Shown here piece after piece: positions 18,695 through 27,460 of a DNA stretch of 64,000 nucleotides. Positions within the stretch are counted from its first letter, which is position 1. Each line of letters opens with the position of its first letter. The notes under the pieces are model-generated. The model ran no database searches, was not told the origin of the DNA, and was given only the letters and a program-made list of their open reading frames with translations. Source of the DNA: Parcubacteria bacterium C7867-005 (GTDB lineage Bacteria; Patescibacteriota; Minisyncoccia; Phycocordibacterales; Zambryskibacteraceae). The DNA lies in contig LFCO01000003.1 of assembly GCA_001189165.1 (NCBI GenBank), forward strand, positions 190,984-254,983. Reading direction: 5' to 3'. Made by a program: the position numbers and the translations under genes.

Positions 18695-20659
18695 ATGTCG
18701 AAGCCTAATCTCCCAGGTAAAGATTCCAAAAAGAACGGCAAGAAACTTTTCAAGGTTGTTATTAAAGAAGTCAAAGGCAAGAACCCGCTTGGAGGTATAG
18801 GTGGCGGTTTTTTGAACCAGGGCGTACTTTCGATTTTGATTTTCTTCTTGCTTATAACTTCATATTCGTATCTATCTGGTAATGCTGATAAAAAGGAATC
18901 TATCTCGCTCTCTGTTCTCTCACAGAATGTAAGTGCAGAACTCGTCACCTCTATCACTGTAAAGGGAGATGAACTCGAAGCTCTCTACAAAGATGGTTCA
19001 GTGAAAACTTCAAAGAAAGAAGAGGGCACTGCGCTCACTACTACGTTCAGCAACTACGAAGTGTCCAAAGAGGCTCTGTCTAAAGTAGAGATAGAAGTCA
19101 AAAATGACAGAGGTTTTATGTATTGGATACTTTCACTTGCACCAATACTCTTGCCGATCGCTTTTATAGTTTTCTTTATTTGGTTCCTTTCTAGGCAGAT
19201 GAAGGGTGCAGGTATGCAAGCGATGTCCTTTGGACAATCCAAGGCACGTATGACCTTGCCCGACGACAAGACAAACCTGGTGACATTCAAAGACGTGGCC
19301 GGTGCAAAGGAAGCCAAAGAAGAATTGTCAGAGATCGTGGATTTCTTGAAAAATCCTAAAAAGTTTTTGGACATAGGTGCACGCATACCTAAAGGAATAC
19401 TCCTCATGGGAGCACCTGGTACTGGTAAGACATTACTCGCACGTGCTGTTGCCGGAGAGGCTGGTGTAGCTTTCTTTTCTATCTCCGGATCAGAATTCGT
19501 AGAGATGTTCGTCGGTGTTGGTGCTTCTCGTGTAAGAGATTTATTTGATATAGCCAAGAAATCTTCTCCAGCGATTATTTTCGTGGATGAGATAGATGCG
19601 GTAGGTCGTGTTCGAGGAACGGGGGTCGGGGGAGGGAACGATGAGCGCGAACAGACTTTGAACCAGATTTTGGTAGAGATGGATGGGTTCGAGCCAAACG
19701 AGAAAGTGATAGTGATGGCAGCGACGAACAGGCCGGACGTACTCGACCCAGCGCTCTTGCGCCCAGGCCGTTTTGACAGACGAGTGACACTCGATCTTCC
19801 GGACCGCGCAGATCGTGAAGAGATTTTGAAAATACATGCACGCAAGAAACCATTTGCAGAAGATGTGCACCTCCCACTCATCGCAGAACGTACGCCCGGA
19901 TTTTCTGGCGCTGATCTGTATTCACTCATGAACGAAGCGGCGATTCTCGCCGCGAGAGAAGACAGAACCAAAGTCGGTCAGTTCGATCTTATCCGTTCTA
20001 TAGAGAAGGTGATGCTCGGACCAGAACGTCGTTCGCATATACTTTCTAAGACAGAAAAAGAATTAACCGCATATCACGAAGCTGGTCATGCTGTACTCGC
20101 ATCAGTGCTCCCATACGCAGATCCTGTCCACAAAATCTCTATCATTTCTCGAGGTAGGGCTGCTGGTTATGTCCTCAAACTTCCACTCGAAGATAGAAAG
20201 CTTCAATCCAAAAAGGAATTCATAGATGACATCACTGTCGCTCTCGGTGGATATGTAGTAGAGAAGATGGTTTATGGAGATTTGACCACTGGTCCATCCA
20301 ATGACTTGCAGGTTTCTACTGCACTCGCGAGAGACATGGTCACTAAATATGGGATGAGTGAAAAGCTTGGACCAATCGCCCTCGAATCCGCAGGCGGACG
20401 AGTTATCTATGGTGCTGGGGTTGAAGACAAAGGGTATTCAGAGAGAGTGAGTGCAGAGATCGACGCAGAGGTGTCGAAGATCATGAGCGAAGCGATGAAG
20501 AATGCGGAGAAGATTATCAAAGAGCACAAAAAACTTTTGGAAGTGATCGCTAAACGTCTGGTTGAAAAGGAATCAATAGAACAAAAAGAATTCGAAGAGA
20601 TACTCATAGCAAATGGTATCACTCCGAAAAAGAAAAAAGACATCGAGCATCAAATATAA
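18695..20659 (+). CDS. ftsH: ATP-dependent zinc metalloprotease FtsH
   Basis: AAA+ Walker [21 protein letters not shown], second region of homology, HEAGHA zinc motif; TATAAT at 18682 only 7 nt before ATG 18695. Confidence 0.95.
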   Translation: MSKPNLPGKDSKKNGKKLFKVVIKEVKGKNPLGGIGGGFLNQGVLSILIFFLLITSYSYLSGNADKKESISLSVLSQNVSAELVTSITVKGDELEALYKDGSVKTSKKEEGTALTTTFSNYEVSKEALSKVEIEVKNDRGFMYWILSLAPILLPIAFIVFFIWFLSRQMKGAGMQAMSFGQSKARMTLPDDKTNLVTFKDVAGAKEAKEELSEIVDFLKNPKKFLDIGARIPKGILLMGAPGTGKTLLARAVAGEAGVAFFSISGSEFVEMFVGVGASRVRDLFDIAKKSSPAIIFVDEIDAVGRVRGTGVGGGNDEREQTLNQILVEMDGFEPNEKVIVMAATNRPDVLDPALLRPGRFDRRVTLDLPDRADREEILKIHARKKPFAEDVHLPLIAERTPGFSGADLYSLMNEAAILAAREDRTKVGQFDLIRSIEKVMLGPERRSHILSKTEKELTAYHEAGHAVLASVLPYADPVHKISIISRGRAAGYVLKLPLEDRKLQSKKEFIDDITVALGGYVVEKMVYGDLTTGPSNDLQVSTALARDMVTKYGMSEKLGPIALESAGGRVIYGAGVEDKGYSERVSAEIDAEVSKIMSEAMKNAEKIIKEHKKLLEVIAKRLVEKESIEQKEFEEILIANGITPKKKKDIEHQI

Positions 20660-20665
20660 ATAAGG

Positions 20666-20693
20666 TCCCCCGAGCGTTAGCTCGGGGGATTTG
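20666..20693 (+). terminator. intrinsic terminator after ftsH
   Basis: TCCCCCGAGC-GTTA-GCTCGGGGGA then TTTGA. Confidence 0.6.
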
Positions 20694-21108
20694 ATACCAC
20701 GTAGTGGTCGAAGATATCCTCGCCCACTCGGGCGAGGAACCATGGTCGGCGATTCGTCCGGCAGTCGTGAAGGTCGATGAATCCGGGTTGATCCGCGATC
20801 CTCCGCCACCACTGATCCTTCTTACCGACACGCACGAAGGCTCTCATGGCACCGTGGAAGTCGCTCCACTCGCTGAACTTGTACCAAGTCTGCATGTCTG
20901 TCGCCACAGAGATGAGCACGATGATCCGTGCCTTACCCTCTGGGGGACAACTCACTCTGACAAGCTCGACGAGCTCTCCGCCCCCATGACGGTAGGAGAA
21001 GATCATCTGTGGCCTGAAGCGCAGGTTCCCGGTCTTCTGCCCTCCATCGGTCAGATGGCTGACCGTTTCCACCGCCTGGACAGCCGACGTTTCCATGGTT
21101 TGGGGCAT
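20677..21108 (-). CDS. hypothetical protein (GC-rich mini-island next to a tRNA)
   Basis: 143 aa ORF in a GC-rich stretch; strand choice uncertain because the antisense ORF 20704..21237 is also open. Confidence 0.35.
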   Translation of the reverse strand: MPQTMETSAVQAVETVSHLTDGGQKTGNLRFRPQMIFSYRHGGGELVELVRVSCPPEGKARIIVLISVATDMQTWYKFSEWSDFHGAMRAFVRVGKKDQWWRRIADQPGFIDLHDCRTNRRPWFLARVGEDIFDHYVVSNPPS

Positions 21109-21196
21109 GTGGGTCTCGGTTCGAGTGGGTACATCTCTCCTCTGAACCTATCAAAAACAGGTATACATGTCCACTTCCAACCATCCACAATACGTG

Positions 21197-21270
21197 TCCA
21201 CCCTCTTGGATTCGAACCAAGGACCCCCGAGGTATAAGCTCGATGCTCTAACCAACTGAGCTAAGGGTGG
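21197..21270 (-). tRNA. tRNA-Ile (anticodon UAU)
   Basis: Cloverleaf: acceptor CCACCCU/AGGGUGG, D-arm UAGCUCAGUUGGUUAGAGC, anticodon stem UCGAG/CUCGG with loop CUUAUAC (UAU), T-arm CUUGG-UUCGAAU-CCAAG, discriminator A73; no encoded CCA. Confidence 0.8.
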
Positions 21271-21299
21271 AGATAGAGATACTATAACAAACCAGAGCT

Positions 21300-23456
21300 T
21301 TATTCAAAATGGATTTTTTGGCCCTTGGTTTCTATGTAGAGTTTTAGGTTTGGATGTTTGGAGAGTTTTGGGTCGGACTCTATGATTTTGGTCGCTTCTG
21401 TGCGGGCAGCTTCGACCATTTTGATATTCTTGATCGCTTCCATTGCGAGGTCGGAGATACCCCATTGTTTACGTCCATACAGTTCGCCACCACCACGCTG
21501 TTTCAAATCGAACTCTGCAAGTTCGAATCCGTTTTTGGCGGTTTTCAACGCCCTTAATCTTTCAAGAGTTTTATCTGTTTTTGTTTCTGCAAAGACGAAG
21601 CAGTATGGTTGATGTGTGCCTCGGAGCACTCGACCACGGAGTTGGTGTAGTTGGGCGAGCCCGAATCTCTCTGCACCTTCGATGATGATGAGCGAAGCAT
21701 TCTCCACATTCACTCCAACCTCGACAACAGATGTGGCCACGAGGATGTCGAGTTTCTTATCTTTGAATTCGAGCATGATTTTTTCTTTCTCTGATGGTTT
21801 CATTTTCGAATGTAAAATCCCTATCTCGTATTCAGGGAAGATTTTTTTCTTTACTCTCTTAGCCTCTTCTTTGACTGACTTGGCGAGGATAGCCGTCTCT
21901 TTATCTGGATCTGGTTCGTCTATGCGTGGACAGATGATGTAGAGTTGCCTACCGGCCTCCAATTCTTTTCTGATTTGTTCGTAAGTATTTTTTCTTTGTC
22001 CTGGTAAAACTATCTCGGTGATTATTTGTTTCCTGCCCTCGGGCATTTGGTCGAGGAGTGAGAGGTCGAGGTCGCCGTATAGTGTGAGTGCGAGTGTGCG
22101 GGGGATCGGGGTGGCGGTCATAGATAGTAGATGTGGTACGAGCGCGTCTTTTTGTACTAGCTTTTGTCTTTGGGCTGTGCCGAATCTGTGCTGTTCGTCT
22201 ATGATGGCAAAGGCGAGGTGTTTGAACTTCACTGATTTTTGGATGAGTGCGTGAGTGCCGATGAGGATAGAGATCTCTCCGCTCGCGACCCATTTGAGTA
22301 GTTGCGTGCGAGATATGTCTGTCCACCCATCTGGATTTACTTTGGAGGGGAACTTACGACAACCGCTCCCGGTGATGAGCGCGATGTTGATCGGCATGTG
22401 TTTAAAATATTTGATGAAGGATTCAAAATGTTGTTGGGCGAGGATTTCTGTGGGGACCATGTAGGCGGTTTGGAGTGTCCCAAAGTTTTGACCTTTCGGA
22501 CGAGAAGTGGTCGCCGCATAAGCCGTCGCTGCCGCGACGGCGGTTTTGCCAGAGCCTACGTCTCCTTCAAGCAGACGGGCCATCGGGTGACCTCGACGAA
22601 AATCTGTGAGGATGTCTTCGATAGTTTTTTTCTGTCCCTCGGTAGCTTTGAAAGGGAAACGGTCGATGAATTTGTTTATATCTTCAATGCTTTTGTCTAT
22701 GACGAAAGCATTGCTTTCTTTGAATTCGTATTTGGTTTTTTGTTTGTCTAGCTGGATGAAGAATATTTCTTCGAAGGCGAATCTTTTCCTCGCCGCTTCT
22801 GCATCAGATTCTTTTTGGGGTGTGTGTATCCAGACGAGAGCCGTACGGAGAGTGGGGAGGTTGTATTTGTCTCTGATTTCCTTGGGTATCGGATCCTCGA
22901 TCGTATCTAAAATTTTGGAAGAAAAGATAGTTTGAATTTTATGAAATATCCAATTCGAACTTACACCTCTTGTCTCTGGATAAACTGGATACAGGGTATG
23001 AACATCACTTCCTTCACCAAATAGTGAATCACCTACTCCGATGGGGAGTTTGGTCACCGGCTCTATCTTGGGGTTAGAGAAATACAGGTCACCTTTGCGG
23101 TCACTCACCTTACCCTCGACACGGACAAACGATCCTTCGACGAGCATCTTGGCCAAGTACGCTTGGTGGAACCAGACGATTTTCATCCGGCCCGTCTCAT
23201 CCTCTACGAATCCTTCGGACATGGGGATTTTGGATCTGTATCCCTTAGAAGTTTTTAGCCCGGAGATTTGTCCAAAGACTACTGCCTGGTCACCCTTGGA
23301 TAAGGTGCTGATGTGGGTGACTTTAGCCGTGTCTCCGTACCTCGTGGGGAAGTAGTAGAGCAGGTCCTCTATAGTATCCACGCCTATTTTCTTCAGCGCC
23401 ACGGCCTGTGCGGGTAGTATCCGGAAGGTGTCAGTCAGTCGGTCGGAGAGGTTCAT
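21300..23456 (-). CDS. recG: ATP-dependent DNA helicase RecG
   Basis: 718 aa; N-terminal wedge domain, helicase motifs GSGKTAVAA, DEQHRFG. Confidence 0.9.
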   Translation of the reverse strand: MNLSDRLTDTFRILPAQAVALKKIGVDTIEDLLYYFPTRYGDTAKVTHISTLSKGDQAVVFGQISGLKTSKGYRSKIPMSEGFVEDETGRMKIVWFHQAYLAKMLVEGSFVRVEGKVSDRKGDLYFSNPKIEPVTKLPIGVGDSLFGEGSDVHTLYPVYPETRGVSSNWIFHKIQTIFSSKILDTIEDPIPKEIRDKYNLPTLRTALVWIHTPQKESDAEAARKRFAFEEIFFIQLDKQKTKYEFKESNAFVIDKSIEDINKFIDRFPFKATEGQKKTIEDILTDFRRGHPMARLLEGDVGSGKTAVAAATAYAATTSRPKGQNFGTLQTAYMVPTEILAQQHFESFIKYFKHMPINIALITGSGCRKFPSKVNPDGWTDISRTQLLKWVASGEISILIGTHALIQKSVKFKHLAFAIIDEQHRFGTAQRQKLVQKDALVPHLLSMTATPIPRTLALTLYGDLDLSLLDQMPEGRKQIITEIVLPGQRKNTYEQIRKELEAGRQLYIICPRIDEPDPDKETAILAKSVKEEAKRVKKKIFPEYEIGILHSKMKPSEKEKIMLEFKDKKLDILVATSVVEVGVNVENASLIIIEGAERFGLAQLHQLRGRVLRGTHQPYCFVFAETKTDKTLERLRALKTAKNGFELAEFDLKQRGGGELYGRKQWGISDLAMEAIKNIKMVEAARTEATKIIESDPKLSKHPNLKLYIETKGQKIHFE

Positions 23457-23470
23457 TTACCCATTATATC

Positions 23471-24556
23471 CTAGAGGAACCTGAGTACGTCTTGTTCGGT
23501 CAGGTTTCTCCTCGTTGTTTCTTCTTTGGTTTTCTGTTTGTCCCATGGATAGTTTTCAAAATAGCTCGAGTGGTGGAGGTGTGACCTCAGTATGCTGAGC
23601 GAGACTATAACTTCACCGAGCTTTCTGTTTCCTTTTTTCTGATAGTATTCGATCAGTATTTTTTCTAGGGCCCTTTGATAAGTCTTACTTTTCCACGCTC
23701 TGGAGTGTAGGTTTCCAAAGTCAAAAACCATCGCGATCGCTTTGTTTGGATAGACGCCAACCCACTCGAGGTCGAGTAACTCTACATCACCAGAGTCAAA
23801 GACATACAGATTATTCGGAGCCATGTCTCCGTGGTACAGGCATGAACCCTTGTTCTCTTTGGTGTTTATGTATCCTGCGGATGATTTGAAAAGTTGGTTT
23901 ATTTTGTTTTTGATATCTGTGATCCCGAGTCTCTTCTCGATGATCTTATAGAACGCTTCTTTCCTTTTATTCTTGGCATCTAGGGGTAGAACCTTTTTAT
24001 TTAAATCTCTGATCAGGTGTTTTCTAAAATTATCCAGGTCAAATTTTTTCTTGACCAATATCTTTTTGAGTTTTTGTGGTAGCTGTCCAAACTGGATCTC
24101 GTGTATTTTGAGTAGCTCGCGCATGGTTGCCTCCGCCTCCTTTTCTCCGAGCAATTCTGCGCCATCGTTCCCCTCTATGAATCCAATCTTTGAATGATCA
24201 GTGGGGAAGGTTTCCATGATGACGAACGGCACCCCCTTCTTTGGATCAGCGTTGGATTCGATGATTCCTCGGGTGCTGATCACTTTGTTTTGTTTTACAT
24301 ATTTGGCGAATTCTATTTGTCGTTCGAATGGGAGGAGTAGTTTCTTGGTATTGTTCACAGGGATTTTGATGAAGCGGTCGACTACTTCACTACCTTCTTT
24401 TCTACGGCAGACCATGAAGAAATATCTGCGTCCGTTTGATATCCGTTTTTCTATAATTTCCTTTTCCTTTTCTCCTAAGACAAAATCGTTATCCAAGAGA
24501 ACTTTGTAGACTCTTTTTCTGTATTTATCTTTTTGTGTTTTGGTCAGCTCGCTCAT
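23471..24556 (-). CDS. phosphotransferase-family (APH/choline-kinase-like) protein
   Basis: Kinase-fold catalytic loop LYHGDMAPNNLYV and downstream D-x-E region. Confidence 0.6.
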   Translation of the reverse strand: MSELTKTQKDKYRKRVYKVLLDNDFVLGEKEKEIIEKRISNGRRYFFMVCRRKEGSEVVDRFIKIPVNNTKKLLLPFERQIEFAKYVKQNKVISTRGIIESNADPKKGVPFVIMETFPTDHSKIGFIEGNDGAELLGEKEAEATMRELLKIHEIQFGQLPQKLKKILVKKKFDLDNFRKHLIRDLNKKVLPLDAKNKRKEAFYKIIEKRLGITDIKNKINQLFKSSAGYINTKENKGSCLYHGDMAPNNLYVFDSGDVELLDLEWVGVYPNKAIAMVFDFGNLHSRAWKSKTYQRALEKILIEYYQKKGNRKLGEVIVSLSILRSHLHHSSYFENYPWDKQKTKEETTRRNLTEQDVLRFL

Positions 24557-24602
24557 GGCTCTAGTATACCCTGTGGTTCTGTGGCTGTACCTCGGTATTT
24601 GG

Positions 24603-25076
24603 TCAGATAATTTTTATTTCTTGTCCCAAGACAACATCTCCTTCACCGAATTTGAATCGTGCCTCTAGTAGTTTTCCTTCAAGTGTTTTAGGTAACCAAA
24701 ATATGTCATCGGGCCACATCTCGCTGAAGGGGATTGCACCTACTTTAAACCATTCGGGGCGCATCTCCTCGCTTTCTGTTGGTTCACCGGACCACTCCTC
24801 TGCAAAATAGACATGCACTACCTGGTCCCATGATGAGTTGTGGGGAAATATAAATTCTAGTTTGGCCACCTTGGATATTTTATCTAGGGTGACACCTATT
24901 TCTTCATCTGCTTCTCTTTTGGCCGCCTCTTCTATAGATTCACCTTCGGTCACCTTGCCACCCACCCCATTCCATCTATTCACACCAAAACCTCTTTTCT
25001 TCATCGCAAGACAGATATCTTCTATCCTCTGGGCCTCGTTTCTTTTTATCAGGAATACTAGAGTTGCGTCTCGCAT
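24603..25076 (-). CDS. NUDIX hydrolase
   Basis: Nudix box GGKVTEGESIEEAAKREADEEIGV. Confidence 0.85.
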   Translation of the reverse strand: MRDATLVFLIKRNEAQRIEDICLAMKKRGFGVNRWNGVGGKVTEGESIEEAAKREADEEIGVTLDKISKVAKLEFIFPHNSSWDQVVHVYFAEEWSGEPTESEEMRPEWFKVGAIPFSEMWPDDIFWLPKTLEGKLLEARFKFGEGDVVLGQEIKII

Positions 25077-25089
25077 ATTAGTAGTTTGT

Positions 25090-25383
25090 TTACCTAAATA
25101 AAGTGAGACCGAAGATGAGGGTGATGAATGCGAAGGTGCCGAGAGTCTTCAAGAAGAAGGTCACAGCTTCTTGCTTCCTGTTGTCGATGAAGAGTTGTAG
25201 TGGCTCGAAGACGAAGAGATAGAACATCACTCCAGCAGAGAGGGTGAAGAGTGAGATCATGGTGACAGGTGCGAAGAATGTGTCCGGCTTGTCGCCGAGT
25301 AACCTCGTGCCATAAAACATCCCCAGACCCAGGATAGTGATGTACAAGGATGCGCACACTGCATTTATGTATGGATTTTTCAT
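25090..25383 (-). CDS. hypothetical small membrane protein
   Basis: 97 aa, 3 predicted TM helices. Confidence 0.5.
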   Translation of the reverse strand: MKNPYINAVCASLYITILGLGMFYGTRLLGDKPDTFFAPVTMISLFTLSAGVMFYLFVFEPLQLFIDNRKQEAVTFFLKTLGTFAFITLIFGLTLFR

Positions 25384-25510
25384 GTAGCCATTATATCAGT
25401 AGTGGGGGATGTGCAACTTATATGAAATTAGCCCGGTTTTACCAACTTGACAGAGCCACTCAAGTATGATATGATGTAAAAAGGCTTAAGTCCCACACCC
25501 CATCTGGAGG

Positions 25511-25753
25511 TTGGCCATGAATGAATTTGTTGGCTTGCTCATCGTGAGCCTCGCCATGTGGCTCTCCGGATACGGAGCGGCCATGATGATGGGCCAGCAC
25601 GGGCGGTACGTCTCGTACAGCAAGAGGGTCGCCCGGTGGTTCGGCTCACAGGCCGTGTCGGCGACTCGCTTCATGTGGAGGCGCTATCCCACCCAGATAG
25701 TCTGGGCGACGATCGGATTCTTCCTTGCTCTTGTTCTCCTCGGGCCCCGCTGA
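25511..25753 (+). CDS. hypothetical small membrane protein (GC-rich)
   Basis: 80 aa, 2 TM helices, GC-rich; GC hairpin GGGCCCCGC...GCGGGGCCC overlaps the stop codon at 25742-25767. Confidence 0.4.
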   Translation: MAMNEFVGLLIVSLAMWLSGYGAAMMMGQHGRYVSYSKRVARWFGSQAVSATRFMWRRYPTQIVWATIGFFLALVLLGPR

Positions 25754-25783
25754 AACTAGCGGGGCCCAGTTCGTATCGTATTT

Positions 25784-26692
25784 TTATATCCCAGATGTAT
25801 TTATCAATTCTATAAATCTTCCTTCAGTTTCTGGTGTTATCCCCTGAAAGAATAATGTCATACCATTATCCATTCCTGTGTCATCAATATAGTGTGTTCG
25901 CGCATAATCTAGGTGCGCTTGAGTAAACTTCTCATCGGCTTTGAATCCAAAATAGTTTTTTAGCTGCGACATTCTTTCGGCAATCTCCATGCCGGTGAAT
26001 AGATAATGGTTCAAATATGTTTGCCTCATATCATCTAGTGATAATTCTAGTTCTGAATCTTCTGGCTTGTCCGTACGATTCTCACTGTTTCTTTTCAAGA
26101 GGTCGTAATACTCTTGAGTAAATTGGACTTTAGAAAGATCGAATCCCTGTTGCAGTGTGTCTGTGGCAGTATCATAAAACCGGGTCCGGTGTCCTTTTTC
26201 ATGAGCTTCGATAATACTCATTTGCTTTGGGGTAGCCCTCTCGCCGGTCCAAGGCACAGTCCAATTTAATGGTATGGAGCTAATCGTCGGTTCGTTAGTG
26301 GTGTAATCTACTTCCGTCACACTTTCTATCTGTCTGATGTCTTCGTCTAATTCCTTTTCGATTTTTTCTCTACTGGGGCCTGAACCTTGCTTCAATCTTT
26401 CTTCTAGGTCATCCGCGCTGATTATCTTTCCTGATGTTTTTCCTTTTAATAATTTGAACTTCTCTTCTCCAGTCCATCCATCTGGTAGGTGGGGGAGCCA
26501 CTCTTCATTTCTTATTTGGTTTAAATAATTAAGCTCCTGTTCATACAGTATGTTTATAATTTGCTGTCTAATCACCGGGTGTCGTAAGCGGCTAATCAGC
26601 ACCTCAGTATCATTACCTTCAAAATTCGCCTCACCCTCGACGGGGTTAGATTCCGATCCGCTCTCAGCTGAATGTGTAGAGAAATTGTTCAT
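25784..26692 (-). CDS. hypothetical protein with HExxH zinc-metallopeptidase motif
   Basis: ATG at 26692 (MNNFSTH...); motif SIIEAHEKGHRT. The longer ORF to 26863 is rejected because it runs through the tRNA and its repeat. Confidence 0.55.
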   Translation of the reverse strand: MNNFSTHSAESGSESNPVEGEANFEGNDTEVLISRLRHPVIRQQIINILYEQELNYLNQIRNEEWLPHLPDGWTGEEKFKLLKGKTSGKIISADDLEERLKQGSGPSREKIEKELDEDIRQIESVTEVDYTTNEPTISSIPLNWTVPWTGERATPKQMSIIEAHEKGHRTRFYDTATDTLQQGFDLSKVQFTQEYYDLLKRNSENRTDKPEDSELELSLDDMRQTYLNHYLFTGMEIAERMSQLKNYFGFKADEKFTQAHLDYARTHYIDDTGMDNGMTLFFQGITPETEGRFIELINTSGI

Positions 26693-26711
26693 ACAGTAAT
26701 AATAACTAAAA

Positions 26712-26733
26712 TTGCGGAGAGAGCGAGATTGAA
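26712..26733. repeat. direct repeat of the tRNA 3' end (copy distal to tRNA 26830-26916)
   Basis: TGCGGAGAGAGCGAGATTGAAC vs TGCGGAGAGAGCGAGATTCGAAC at 26828-26850. Confidence 0.85.
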
Positions 26734-26827
26734 CACTTGGGAAACCCACGGTTTTCCCAGTCCTTCCTCCACGGAAGAGGATGCTCCTCTCCCGACCCCA
26801 CTCCTGTTCGAATCTCGCCAAACACAG
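26734..26827 (-). ncRNA. conserved structured element, copy A (between tRNA and its 3'-end repeat)
   Basis: About 85% identical to 51252-51345 (copy B); shared hairpins, one with compensatory substitutions (A: CGGGAGAGGA-GCAU-UCCUCUUCCG; B: CGGGGAGA-AGCAGGGCG-UCUCCCCG). Confidence 0.4.
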
Positions 26828-26829
26828 AT

Positions 26830-26916
26830 GCGGAGAGAGCGAGATTCGAACTCGCGGTTCCAATTAAGGAACGACGGTTTAGTAAACCGTTGATTTAAAC
26901 CACTCATCCATCTCTC
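26830..26916 (-). tRNA. type II (long variable arm, Ser-like) tRNA with apparent anticodon ACU
   Basis: Acceptor GGAGAGA/UCUCUCC, discriminator G, D-arm UGGAUGAGUGGUUUAAAUC, anticodon stem ACGGU/ACCGU with loop UUACUAA, long variable arm, T-arm GCGAG-UUCGAAU-CUCGC; anticodon is one base from GCU. Confidence 0.6.
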
Positions 26917-26995
26917 CAAGGATTGGCCCTAATATCCTACCAGAATTTAGGCCCAAAATAAGCCCATCCTCATTTGTGCTATCCTGTATGAGAAA

Positions 26996-27235
26996 TTGAC
27001 CTTTCCCACACCCCACCTGCTGGAGGCCCTCGTGAAGTGGTTCGGCATGACAGCTATTGGTATCATCGTCTCCCTCGGTCTCATCTGGGCCAAGGTGAAG
27101 AGGGTCTTGCTTGTCGATTGGGATACCGTGTGGACGACACTCGGCGCGTGCCTCCTCATCTGCCTTGTCATCGATGGTGGGGTGTACCTGATTTATAGGG
27201 CGAGCAGGAAGCACGGCAACAGCCCGGACGCTTAG
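26996..27235 (+). CDS. hypothetical small membrane protein (GC-rich)
   Basis: 79 aa hydrophobic ORF in a GC-rich patch between two tRNAs; the opposing ORF 26879..27253 overlaps the tRNA and is rejected. Confidence 0.35.
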   Translation: MTFPTPHLLEALVKWFGMTAIGIIVSLGLIWAKVKRVLLVDWDTVWTTLGACLLICLVIDGGVYLIYRASRKHGNSPDA

Positions 27236-27312
27236 CACAAGCGACCGGGCCATCTTTTTGTCTATGCGCCATTAGAAAAAAGGGTCAAAACGTGTTAGTT
27301 TGGGCAAGATAT

Positions 27313-27404
27313 GGAGACGTGTCAGAGTGGTCTAACGTACCTCTTTGCTAAAGAGGCAGGTCCCTTAAAAGGCCTCGAGGGTTCGAATCCCTCCGTCTCC
27401 GCCA
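27313..27404 (+). tRNA. tRNA-Ser (anticodon GCU), CCA encoded
   Basis: GGAGACG...; anticodon stem CCUCU/AGAGG with loop UUGCUAA; long variable arm; T-arm GAGGG-UUCGAAU-CCCUC; 3' CGUCUCC-G-CCA. Confidence 0.9.
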
Positions 27405-27442
27405 GATGTCCAAGTTCGAACCGAAGCAAAATAAGGGTTTTT
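27398..27442 (+). repeat. att-like repeat, copy 1 (tRNA-Ser 3' end plus downstream leader); further copies at 31390-31436 and 33370-33402
   Basis: ccgccagatgtccaagttcgaaccgaagcaaaataagggttt vs caccgccagattggcaactttgaacccaagcaaaataagggttt (31390-31436); degenerate third copy ctccgcagtttgtgac at 33370-33402. Confidence 0.8.
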
Positions 27443-27460
27443 AGGCTAAAATAAGGCAAC

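Noticed and set aside
19054-19971. 305-aa minus-strand ORF inside ftsH (and 19541..19877 ORFs)
   Set aside because: Antisense to a strongly supported FtsH AAA+ domain; Ser/Ala/Arg-rich composition typical of antisense artefacts.
21949-22326. 125-aa minus-strand ORF and several plus-strand ORFs within recG (21300..23456)
   Set aside because: They overlap the well-supported RecG frame or its antisense; no independent signals.
25784-26863. Longer version of the HExxH gene extending to 26863
   Set aside because: The extension would read through the tRNA 3'-end repeat, the structured element and into the tRNA gene. The internal ATG at 26692 immediately follows the repeat and gives a sensible N-terminus.
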